A DNA stretch of 64,000 bases, taken from Fimicolochytrium jonesii. Its lineage: Eukaryota. Position numbers and translations under genes: made by a program. Positions within the stretch are counted from its first letter, which is position 1; each line of letters opens with the position of its first letter. Under the pieces are notes generated by a model. That model was not told where the DNA came from. It saw nothing but the letters and a program-made list of their open reading frames with translations, and did not search any database. The stretch is from positions 310,001 to 374,000 of the forward strand of contig NW_026515677.1 of assembly GCF_025526975.1 (NCBI RefSeq), in the 5' to 3' direction. Below, piece after piece: positions 38,573 through 49,301 of the stretch.

Positions 38573-39776
38573 TTACAGCTTCGATCCTGCGTCCGTCTTC
38601 CACAGTGACATGACATAACCAACATCCGGTGCCGTCCTACCATTTACCATCGTCTTCCACAGCTTCTCCACGCTCGCCGGCCCATGGCCATTGGACAACT
38701 TGACCCAATTGTCCACCCGATCCATAGCCTCCTTCCAAGCTTTGGCCTGCAACCTCGGGAGTTGATCGCGCAACTCATCTTGACGCTTTTTGATCCACGT
38801 GGGGGCAAAGAAGATCTCCGTCTCGCCTGGGAAGGTTCCCTTGGCCTCTTGTGCGTTGGACATTCCAACGCTGACGGAGCGGCGAATGTTCGATGCGCCG
38901 ATATGGTTGAATACATCGGTGGCAAGGGCCTTGCTACCCGAGACATCGACGTACAGGACGGTGCTATCCTTCGGGATGGAGGAGATCTGGTCGTAAGTGT
39001 AGATCGAGTCGTAGTACCCGAGAGACTTTACGAAGGGTACGCTGGACGGGCTCGTGAGACCGATGGTACGGATGCCGCTCGCTTGGGCAAGAAAAGCGAA
39101 GCAAAACGCCGTCTTGCTGCTCGCACTGGAAATGATAACCGTCTTGGCGCCGTAGTACTTGTTCTCCTTGAGGTAATCCGCCAAGAAGAAACTGGTCCAA
39201 AACAGGGGTCGGAAGAGCAGCATCTCTCCTTCATGGCGAGGGTCGTAGAACGGGTCGGCTGATGCGCGGAAGTATTGGTTGTAAACTTTGCGGTCCTCCG
39301 GGAGATGCTCGCGGGGGACGTAGAACCAGCCTTCCTTGCTGCCGTTCGCTGCCGCTTTTACTTTCAGGACATGGTGTTGGGCAATAGGGAAGTATCCGTA
39401 CACGCGCTCGCCGACCTTGACGGCAGAGCTGTTGGAATCTGTGACGGTGGCCATACCCCAGATGGGGACATTCGCATACTTTGCGTCGGAGGTTGGGAAG
39501 AAGTCAAAGTATCTATTGCGTTTCCCCAATATGCCATGGATAAGTAGTGCCTTTGCGGTGAGAAGTTGAACAGACGGATTCGCAGGCGAGTCAGACGGAC
39601 ACATACCGGTATGACTGGCCGAGAACAGCGTACGTGACGTTGTTGGCAGAGAGGCCGAACGAGTCGATACGGCATAGGACCTCATCTTCTTTGATGGGAC
39701 CCAACTTGACGGTGGCCAGCTTGGTCTGGTCGATGTTGTCGCGCGCAACCCAGAGTTCCTGCGTGGTTGTTGACAT
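38573..39776 (-). CDS. DUF2855-family protein, 2 exons
   Basis: EVLCRIDSFGLSANNVTYAVLG/YFDFFP, VPIWGMATV, VGERVYGYFP, VYNQY, LFRPLFWTSF, VIISSASSKTA, IGLTS, FFAP match my recollection of the DUF2855 pattern; intron ~39514-39607. Confidence 0.75.
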
Positions 39777-40014
39777 GGTGATCTATATTGGGTATGTACT
39801 CTTTTCGAAGTGTAGTGCCTGCCTGAATATGTTTAGCCTGCTCAAGGCCAGCGATGAGAGTCGCATGTTGAAGGTGTATCCGATGCTCCAGACGTAAAAC
39901 GCAGGCGGGCTAGGTGGGCGTCCGTCAGTGATGATTCATGAAGTGTGACGACGGCGCTCAACGCCCGGTGTGTTTTGACCGCTTCCACTCGCAGGAGAAA
40001 ACAAAAAAGAATCA

Positions 40015-40087
40015 TACTCGGACCCAGGATCGAACTGGGGACCTCTGCCGTGTGAAGGCAGCGTTATGACCACTAAACTATCCGAGC
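40015..40087 (-). tRNA. tRNA-Val (anticodon CAC), intronless
   Basis: GCTCGGATAGTTTAGTGGTCATAACGCTGCCTTCACACGGCAGAGGTCCCCAGTTCGATCCTGGGTCCGAGTA folds as a cloverleaf; anticodon loop TT-CAC-AC; GTTCGA T-loop; downstream T-tract (Pol III terminator). Confidence 0.95.
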
Positions 40088-40951
40088 TTGTGTAAAAAGT
40101 CACACAAAGTAGCACGTCCAATCATATAGTTGGAAGTTCAAGCCTGCCCAGGAGCGACTTTTTTTTTCCGTGCTTTCATGGTAACATTAATATATATGAA
40201 ATCTGGGTGGTTTCTCGACCGCTGGAAGCGGTATAACCACGAACCTATTCGAGCTTGCTTGGAATACTCCCAAAATGTCCCTTCAAGCCTACAGTGTTCA
40301 TTATACGCCAATCCATACCAGCGTGGTCACCACCACACATCACTGGGCGGACCTGTGACAGCGGTATGAACACTAAACCATCGGAGGTTGGGTAACATTG
40401 ATCGTATATGAACTCTGGATGGCTTCGGATGGGCAGTCAGATGTATGTACAGTACACTCCAGGTCGATCCATTTTTTTCCGGTCGAATGGTTGATGTTGC
40501 GTGTCGGTGCAGATAAACCAAGCGTTCGGCCGAAGTGTGCTGTCAAAGCCCCCTTTATCGCGCTGTCGATTTTTTTTCGAACGACAGCATATGCCGTGGG
40601 GTAACAGTGCATATTCAATTTTCGCATGACTGCAGGCAACCACTTCGTCTCCATGGTTTTCATGCGTCATGGTGACTATGGTGAGCGGAGGAAAAGGGGG
40701 AAAGCCTGTTATCACCATGACGTTGGATGCGGTGCTTATGAGGGTGAGCTTGTTCCTGGCACTGCGTGGAGAGCGTTCAGGATAAGAAGGCAAGACCTTT
40801 CCCCTCCCCTGCTCTCGCAAGTCTGCTTCTTCGAGGAATTCTGACTTTAAAAGCAGAACCACCCACTCCCTGCAATCACTAAGCAAAAGAACCACCCACT
40901 GTACTCAGAAGCAAAGCATCTCTTCATTCCAATCAACACCACATTTCCACC

Positions 40952-42067
40952 ATGCGCTGCACCCTCCTCGCAACCTGCGCCCTCGGAGCGCTCACCACCG
41001 TCCCATCCACCACCGCCTTCTGGCTCATCCCTGGCTCCAGCCACTCCCACCACGACGTCACGCCCTCCCAAGACACCCGCGGCGGCGGCGGCTTCCTCCG
41101 CAAACTGATGGGCGGCCGCACCAGCCAAGACCGCACGAACATAATGTCCGAAGGCGTCAAACACCCGAGCATGTCGTCCGAAACCGGCGTCCCGTCCGCG
41201 ATGAAGGACACCTCCATGACCGCCGAAGATGAGGGCGTCATGGCCGATCTGTTGAAAGCCCTCAGCGAAATGTACACCGACCTCGGCTACACCACCACGC
41301 TCGCGAAGGAGCAGCTCTCGCGCGGGATCTACCTCCGCCAGACCGACGACGTGTACATGCTCGCCATGGACGTGCCCGGCCTGCACACCAACGAAGTCAC
41401 TGTCAGCGCCGACAAGGGCATATTGAAGATCAAAGGCGAGCATAAATGCGCCGATTGGCCGCTCAAGGGCGTCATGGACGACTCCGGCAAGCCGAAGACG
41501 GACCCGCTGTGCATTGGCCGATATTACGATGCGTCGTTCACGTTCCCCAGCGATGCGGAGGAGGAGAAGGCGGAGGCGAACCTGGATGCGGGGGTGGTTA
41601 AAGTTGTTGTGCCGAAACTGAAGGGGGAGAAGCGTGGGATCCATAGGGTGTTGAAGCTGGGTGGGGACGCGGCGGGGTGGGTCTATGAAGGTACCGGCGC
41701 CAAGGCTGTTGCGGAAGCTACGACCGATACGGCTCGCAATGCGTACGATGCCGCGGCCCAAGGCGCACAACGGGTCGTTGATACCGTCATGGGCGCTGGC
41801 CGTGACACCGCGGACGGCGCCCGCAACGTCGCTGATCAAGCTACTGCTTCCGCCATGTCTGCTGCGAACGCTGCTACGAACATGGGCGCCCAGGCTACCG
41901 ACTCGGCGGCTACTGCGGTGCCCAGCATGATGCCCGGTGAAGACAACAAAGGCTTCGTCGAACGTATCCATGAGCAGTACGTCAAGCCGATCAAGGATCG
42001 TATTATCGCGCCGGGCCAGGGTGGAAGCGAGGGCGCCGTTCCTGTCGTCAACAAGGAGGAGTTGTAA
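40952..42067 (+). CDS. Small heat-shock protein (Hsp20/alpha-crystallin domain) with signal peptide, LEA-like tail and C-terminal KEEL
   Basis: YLRQTDDVYMLAMDVPGL...VTVSADKGILKIKGEHK...YDASFTFPSDA...AEANLDAGVVKVVVPK is an ACD; hydrophobic N-terminus MRCTLLATCALGALTTVPSTTA; ends VNKEEL. Confidence 0.85.
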   Translation: MRCTLLATCALGALTTVPSTTAFWLIPGSSHSHHDVTPSQDTRGGGGFLRKLMGGRTSQDRTNIMSEGVKHPSMSSETGVPSAMKDTSMTAEDEGVMADLLKALSEMYTDLGYTTTLAKEQLSRGIYLRQTDDVYMLAMDVPGLHTNEVTVSADKGILKIKGEHKCADWPLKGVMDDSGKPKTDPLCIGRYYDASFTFPSDAEEEKAEANLDAGVVKVVVPKLKGEKRGIHRVLKLGGDAAGWVYEGTGAKAVAEATTDTARNAYDAAAQGAQRVVDTVMGAGRDTADGARNVADQATASAMSAANAATNMGAQATDSAATAVPSMMPGEDNKGFVERIHEQYVKPIKDRIIAPGQGGSEGAVPVVNKEEL

Positions 42068-42635
42068 GATCGGCATCGCAAATCATCCACCCTATCAACC
42101 GAGTAACAATCGCTTGCGTCGGAAATGCAGTGCTATTACTGTTCATGATTCCGTTCTTTCCTCATTGTGATTGTAATTCTGTAGGTCGCCCAGTTTTGAT
42201 AGCTCTCCTCGTCTTATTGTTGGTGTGCTGTTTCGGTGTTGTGTTCCAAGTTTTCGTTTCGCATACCCTCCGCTCAGAATAGTTCTTGAAATCAAAAGTC
42301 GCTCATAGTCTGCTCCAATGTCTCTCATGCATTAGTTGTGCCGTTTATGATGAGATTCATGTAAATATATTCGAAAACCAAAATTGTTTGTTGAAAGGCG
42401 ATGTAGCAGGATGAATGAAGTCTATATACACCTCTGAACCCAGTGACCGAGCGACAATATCACTCGGACGGGTCAAGTCTACGTCAAATCATGTTGTATG
42501 CGCCGGTGTGCAGGAATAAAGGAGAGAGATGCAACATTGTCGAGGTTTGCAAGTGTACTTGAATCGCAAGCATCGAAAGGTGACCAATGAAGGCACGATC
42601 GAGATGGAAAAAAGTGCGGGGGATGTGGACGCCGC

Positions 42636-44302
42636 CTATTCGTCGACGAACAAGTGCTCCCGACAAGCCGCGTACTGACGGAACCTCTCACAAGCGTATC
42701 CCACATAATCAAAATCGATCTCCGTCTCCGCCGCCTGCATCAGACCCCACAATCCCCAGAGCAAGTTCGACGCGAGAGCGTAATGGTCGACCTCGTTCAT
42801 CAGAGCCTCCACCTGCGCGTTCCGCGACGCAGTCTCGGTCGCGCCTTCCGTGAACCCTTCGTCGGCGGCGTCGAGGTAGGCGTTTAAGAAAAGCGTCTGC
42901 TGCTCGCGGGTGGGGTAATTAGAGAAATTCATTTTGTGGGGCGTTGCGCAGTGGTAGTCGGCGGCCCATTCGCAGAAGTGGTTGGCAATGTCGTAGCCGC
43001 GGTAGTTGATACCGGCGTACTCATAGTCGACGATGATGATGGAGTTGTCTTTGTGCTTCCGTAGGATGTTACCGTATTGGGCCTTAAAAGGAGGAAGCGA
43101 GGCAAATGTCAATGAAAAGGTCGAGAGTGATAGGAAACGAACAAGCACAGACAAACTCACATCGTTATGAGCAAACACCAACGGGCTGTTGACTTTGGCC
43201 AATCGCTCCTCAAGCAGTGCGATCTCATCCTTTAACTGCCTAATGTCCACAACATCCCGAATCAATCGATACCGCTCAGGTTGGTCGCGCTTCAGATCAA
43301 TGGCCGTCTTAGCAGCGAGTTTCTGCCACCTTCTCAGTTTGGCCCACAGCTCGGACGTCTGTGGATTTGGTGTGCTCGGCGACTTGGGTTCCGTAGGGAT
43401 GTGTTCCGGATCGCCTTCGACTTGAGTAAGGTCATCCGGGGTGCAGGAGTTGATGAGTTGATGAAGTTTGTACAGCTGTTGTGCGATTTGAATGGAGGTC
43501 TGTGGGTCTCGCATTTCTTCCTTCGTAAGCGTAGAACTTTCAACTGAAATGACAAGAATTACACCATGTTACTACAATCGTTCGTCTGAGGGGAATGCGT
43601 TCTGACCGACCATAAACCATTCGGACACTTACGGAATTGCTCGAAACGCCCATTGGCAAACACCCCGAGAAGCTTTGGGGCAACTCCAATGTCGCTCATC
43701 TTACATAACCAGAACATTTCTTTGTCACGGCTGATGAATGAACCGGCTGCCGTTCCGTACACACGAAGCAGCACCTTCGGAGGTTTGACATCACTTCCAT
43801 CCTCCGCTCGTTGTGCTGGCCCAGTGACAAAATAGACACAGTTGGTCATTGCGCCGCTCACTCTGTCGATCTTTAGATCGGATGGGCTGCTGAAGTATGA
43901 CCACCGGTCTGGAATGAGTTCAATCAGGCTGTCCAGGACGTCCTTTCGAAACTGCTCCTGGCTCTTCGACCCCTCCTTTCCGTGAGTACTCAATCGAACA
44001 GTCCTTTTCGACACTGGAACATTATGCTTCCGCAGAGTAGCTAGCAGGTGTGATCCGTCGCCTTCGAGATCGGAGACATCAGAAACCACCGAGTGTGTGT
44101 CGTCATCGTCTTCGGCGGTGAAGTGGCCTGCATGTGAAGGCATTGAGGGTTCAGCAGCAGAAGCGACCCCGTCCTCTCCCAACTGAAGAACTTTGACCAC
44201 ACGGATGTTGGCGTCGGAGGGAGAAGTTGCAGGCACGGGAGTGGAATTCTGTTGCGGCTTCTGACCAGCGATGTCGGCGCGGTCAAGAGTCGTGTCTGGC
44301 AT
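42636..44302 (-). CDS. Choline/ethanolamine kinase, 3 exons
   Basis: SGAMTNCVY, VLLRVYG, PKLLGVFANGRFEQF, VFAHND/AQYGNIL (Brenner motif), IVDYEYAGINYRGYDIANHFCEW; likely start MPDTTLDR at 44302. Confidence 0.92.
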
Positions 44303-45364
44303 GCTTGAGGACGAGTGTCGTTGCTGTAGTGGAAGACGAAGCGGTTGAGGCCTTGGTCTGGAGCGACTCTGTTGCAAGTTCCGTAAGGTGTACCCTGGTG
44401 GTTGCGTTCTGGACAAAAGGGGACGCAATGTGCGATTCGTACAAAATCGCAGTCGCTGAACTACTTCGGAAGTGGAGGAGCTGCAACCGGTGAGGGGTGG
44501 AAGCGCTGTGACCGGCGGCCTTGTTGAGCGGGGCAAGTGGAGGAAGCAGTGAAGATGGTGGATCTGGAGGGGACGTTGTTGGATAGTAGGCATGCCAAGA
44601 GCAAGAGCGGACGGGATGTTGCCGGGTGGGTGTTTATGTTGTTGGGCGCTTGGACCGCAACAAATGGGGCAAACGAGCGCAAGCGACAGCAGGAGAAAGG
44701 CAAGTGATAGGGGCTGCTAGGACTCCTCTTAGGGAGTGATGCAATCATGCATTCGATCGCAACTTGGGTCTCGGCGTTGCACGTGATTCTCGCGGTAGTT
44801 GTAGGTCGTAATCTTGTTTTATTAGCATCGAATCGGACGTCCCTAACGCTCGGACCAAGGTATTTTGGGATTCAGCTTACCCAGGTATCGTTCTCTGGAT
44901 GTTCAGCCTGTCAATAAACAGTCAAACCTTCACGTCTCTGTTTCCTTTCCGGCATTTTGACCTAAAGCTCCGATACGCGGATCTGCACCACATACAGGCG
45001 CCATACTCAGTCAATGTGGGCCATGCGTCTGCACTTTCGGTATTTTTTTGCCTTCGTCGGAATGGCCGTGCTCGTGTCCTCAAAGGTCAGCGCTATGTGT
45101 GCGGGAACTATTCCCACTATGCTCGAAAGAGCCCTTGGGGTTGCGACCACATCTAATGCTTGAATCGCTCGTTTCTGAAAAATGCAGTTCGAGCCTGGTA
45201 TGATGTTCTTTGACCTTTGCAAGCACCGTCTGGTGGCTCTCAGGGGCGCCAGACGAAGCAGAAGGTTGGGGTGACCGCTGTGATGTGCCGATAAAGCTAG
45301 TATGGAAGGCGAGCTCAAACGGCGAGCATTTCCGCCCAACTAGCGTTATCAGCACACGTACATA

Positions 45365-45555
45365 CAGTAGGTGGCCAGATAACTGGGTACGACGGGTTCG
45401 CCAAGCCTCCGTGTGCAACCCAAAAGTCAACGACAAGGTGCCGTCAATTTGCGTACTTCTTCAGATGGGCAGGCAGGCCGGCGACTTTTGCTGGTGGCTA
45501 TGGTCGGGATGATGTGTCCTTGTCGTGTCGTACCCAGATATCTGGCCACCTACTG
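45365..45555. mobile_element. Non-autonomous Tc1/mariner-type MITE (191 bp, 29-bp TIRs, TA flanks)
   Basis: Left TIR 45365-45393 CAGTAGGTGGCCAGATAACTGGGTACGAC; right TIR 45527-45555 is its reverse complement with 1 mismatch; TA on both sides; the CAGT terminus is typical of Tc1-like elements. Confidence 0.8.
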
Positions 45556-47088
45556 TACATATGTACAGCAGGTAAGCTTCGGCAGATTCGCAACCAACAC
45601 CGGACCACAGGGCATGTCACATGACCTGAATTGCAATCGGATGTATGTATGTAAGGGTCGTCCGATGACTTGATGGTTGCCAAGCACGGAGATCTGTGGC
45701 AATGTGTCCTGCGGCGGTTGTCAGTGCGCGTAGGTACACTGGTGTACAACGCTGCTCGGAGTATGTGCAAAAGCAGCTCGGCCTCGGCGCACAGATTCAA
45801 ATTCAAACGCCAAGTGCATCTTGCGACGGCGATAAAACGGGCTTATGTGCATGATGAATGATTGGCATAGTCCTTAGAAACATTTACATCCTAGGCACCC
45901 TGATGACGCCTGGTTTTGGATGCCAAGGCACTCCTCGGCGTCCTCGCCGTCGACAGCGCAATACGTGGATAACTTTGGAGTTGCTGCCGATTGAAGGCGG
46001 TAGATGGGATGCCACCTACCGTTGCATGCAGTGTACTGTACACCAGACGCGTACATAGTCATATCTTAGGTTTCGATTTTCGAGATCCATTTTCGGCGCA
46101 AAGGACGTGAATCCTGATCTCATACACCATGACACCGCCGCGGGCTGCAGTCAGCGGACCTACCCTCCTTCTGCATGCCGATCCGCCGCGCGCTGCTCTG
46201 TCGCATGTTGCAACGCCTCCTTCTTCGGTCTACTTCTTTATTTTCGTATGCTCTGCCTTCTCTTCCAAAAGAAAAGCCACTTTTCTCTTTCGTTGGCTGC
46301 TCTATGTAGGACACATAAAATTCGGGCCGCACTCACCGCACTCGTTGGCGACATCGAAAGTTGGCCTTTGACGCATCAGCCTAAAAACTCCGTACCTGTT
46401 TCCTGGTGATGGGTAGCATCTGGTGGAAACAGTCCCAGTTTCCAGGTGCTCGCTAGACATCTTATCCAGCGGAACCCAGCACCGGCAACCGATAAGATTT
46501 CAAGGGTCTTCATCATGGCATCGTGAAATGAAAGCGGAAATTACGTTTCCGGAGAATGGATCATGAAACTGGTTGTACGGCGCCCAATTTGAGCGTCCCG
46601 AGCCTGGCATTGTGATGAGCGGTAAGCGCGTTTTGACCTGAAATTTCCCTCGACCGGAGGCTCATCTGACAGAAGGTGATGGCGCAAAACCCACGCAGCC
46701 ATGCTGTTGTGGGGTAACTTCTGTGGAAGGGTGGTTATCGACCGGCTAGGATCGCCGCCGCGAGTTTGAAGCGCCTCATCACCCACCGCTGCACCACCAC
46801 CTCTATCTCGAGAGCGACTCGGATGTGGGAGACGACGGAGTGACCAAAGAAAGGGCTCGGACCCCTCCCGCCCCTGAAGCCATGCCTCATGGAAGCCATG
46901 GCAAACGCAAACGTGAAGCTGAGAGAGACTGCGCTGCGCGTACGTGCATGTCACAGATCCCATCCAACCCAAATTTTTCCAATTTGGCCCAAAAAGTCAA
47001 TTCCATTATCCATTAACCGCTCGGGCACACCTGCGTACAATCCGGCCGCTTCCTTTTTTTTTGCTGCTCGTGGGCTTCTGTCACAATG

Positions 47089-47096
47089 TATATAAG
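47089..47096 (+). promoter_or_regulatory. Putative TATA box of the DAACS gene
   Basis: TATATAAG about 65 bp upstream of the ATG at 47159. Confidence 0.5.
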
Positions 47097-47158
47097 GCCG
47101 TGAGCCTCGCTCTGGCGCTTTTGTTCACGTAAGTATCACTATACGACGACAAGCCAAG

Positions 47159-49003
47159 ATGCAGAAGGAATTAACAGGAATCGAACTGGAACGGGATGCC
47201 AGCGCTAACCGCACTTCCGCTGTCGAGCGGACGAGTACTGACGAGGACCGGCCTAGGGGCCCCGTCTCCAAGGCATGGAGACTCCTTCGATCACTCAACA
47301 TGGTAAGCGAAGTTGCTAATTTAGACGTTTCCGTCGGTGTGCCCGGACCTGAACTGACTGTTGGCTCTGTCCATAGTTGTGGTGGATCTTCTTTTGCAGC
47401 GTGTTAGGTATCATATTCGGTCTCACCGCCAAGGACTTTTCCAAGGACTATTTGGGTCTCTTGTCGACGGCCATCTTCCTGCCTATGCTGAAGACCCTCA
47501 TTGTACCTCTGATTTTCTCGTACGTTACGATTCTCGCGAAACTTGACCCACCGGCGGTTTGATCCATTTTTTGACCCAAACTTCCCCTTTGCTTGCAGCC
47601 TACTTGTCGTCGGTATCGCTGGTCACACCGATGACATTGGAAGAGTTGGCCGTCTGGGAGCACGAGCCCTCAGTTACTTCATCGGGATGACTGTCCTAGC
47701 GCTTTTCGTCGGCTTGATCTTCAGCAACGTCGTGAAGCCGGGAGAAGGCACGGACCTCAAATTGGGCGCCAAGCCCAACAACACCGAGGCTCCGTTGTCT
47801 CTTCAGAAAGAGTTGAACCAGATCATCACCTGTGAGTCTGTCAATCAATCAGCATCTGCTTGCAATCTATCGTTTCCTTTACTGACCAAGAGCACGCAGC
47901 AAACTTCGTTGACTCGGCTCTAAACAACAGGTCCCTTCAAGTCGTTTTCTGCGCTATCATCTTTGCGTGGGCGACCATGTTGGTGGAGAACAAGGAGTAC
48001 AAGAAGAACATTGTCGGATTCTTCCATGGACTTGCTGCCGTTATGTTGCAAGTAGTAAACCTTGTTATGCGGTTCACACCACTGGTATGTTGAAATTGAG
48101 CTTGTTGGACAGCATATTCCGTCCGGCTACCCGCAATACACTGAAACCTAGCTGATTCGCTGATGTTCCTCTTCCTTTAGGCAATTGGAGGTTCATTGGC
48201 AAAGACCGTCGCATCGAACGGCATCGGCGTTCTCGGTGTCCTCGGCAAGCTGATCGGGACGGTCTACGCAGGGCTTTTCACTTTTATTCTTTTGGTCTTC
48301 CTGCCCGTGATGCTTGTTGCTCGTGTTCCCATCAGGCCTTTCCTCAAGTCCGTCCGCGAACCCCTCATCATCGCCTTTACCACCGCGTCCTCGGATGCTG
48401 CCCTCGGTATCGCCTTGAAGAACATGATTCGCCTTGGAGTTCCAACTGAAGTTGTTTCATTCGTGCTTCCTCTCGGCTACGCCTTCAACCTGGACGGAAC
48501 TACCCTGTACCTGGGAGCTGCGCTCATGTTCATCGCGCAAGTTGACGGCCGGTCATGGGGTGCTGGGGAACAGATCGTGAAAATGCTCCAGATCCTGCTC
48601 ATGAGCAAGGGTATTGCCGGAGTTCCGCGTGCGTCACTCGTGATCTTGCTGTCTGCCTGCGAGAGTTTCGGCTTGCGTAGCGAAATCATCCCCGTCATTC
48701 TCGGTGTCGATGAAATTTGCGACATGGCCCGTACAGGTGTCAATCTTCGTAAGTACTTGTGCGCTCTTTGACGTCCTTGCTCGTTACTTCAACATCTTGT
48801 CTAACCTCCGCTTCGGGTATCGCCCTTACCCATTTCTCCTTCCAGTCGGAAACTGCCTTGCTTGTGTCGTAATGGCTCGGTGGGAAGGTACCTTCGAGCT
48901 TTACCACGACGATAGTAACGATAAGGACGCTGACGAGAGCCTGGACACGCTTGACCGCCCTCGTGAGACCCTGGTGATTCACGATGTGGAAAAGACCGCA
49001 TAA
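47159..49003 (+). CDS. Dicarboxylate/amino acid:cation symporter (DAACS/SDF; GltP/DctA-like), multi-exon
   Basis: KTLIVPLIFS, VGRLG, NVVKPGEG, LQVVFCAIIF, AFTTASSDAAL, FVLPLGYAFNLDGTTLY, SKGIAGVPRAS, DMARTGVNL/GNCLACVVMARWEG. Confidence 0.92.
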
Positions 49004-49301
49004 TCGGTTTCCGCGAAACATCAAGAGAGTTTTTGTTTGCATAAGTACCTGACCCGTCCAAAGCAACGGCTAGACCGGAATGGAACTCTCTTCGTCGACA
49101 CGTTGGGACGGGACCCGGCTTTCCACGGTGTTTAGTTTACACACCGCGGGGTTTGAAGGCTGCTGGCCAGTCGTATGAAACATAGTATAGATTAGGAAGA
49201 CTTTCTTTTGTCCATTCCTTAATGAGATGCGGCGTATTGATCCATATCTAAAGCTAGCATCACTACTCTGCACTACATCTGCCGAAATCTACCATCGCTT
49301 C

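Noticed and set aside
40130..40900. Short minus-strand ORFs next to the tRNA as a possible tRNA-targeted retroelement relic
   Set aside because: No RT, integrase or transposase motifs and no LTR or TIR visible.
40847..42076. 409-aa antisense ORF spanning the sHSP gene
   Set aside because: Antisense shadow of a GC3-rich CDS with no motifs; the + strand has a clear alpha-crystallin domain.
40446..46042. 13-bp inverted match (tgtacagtacact) as TIRs of a large element
   Set aside because: Short enough to occur by chance in 64 kb, and it encloses host genes with no transposase.
44303..47100. Many short ORFs in the long intergenic region
   Set aside because: No recognisable motifs or consistent splice structure; treated as non-coding apart from the MITE.
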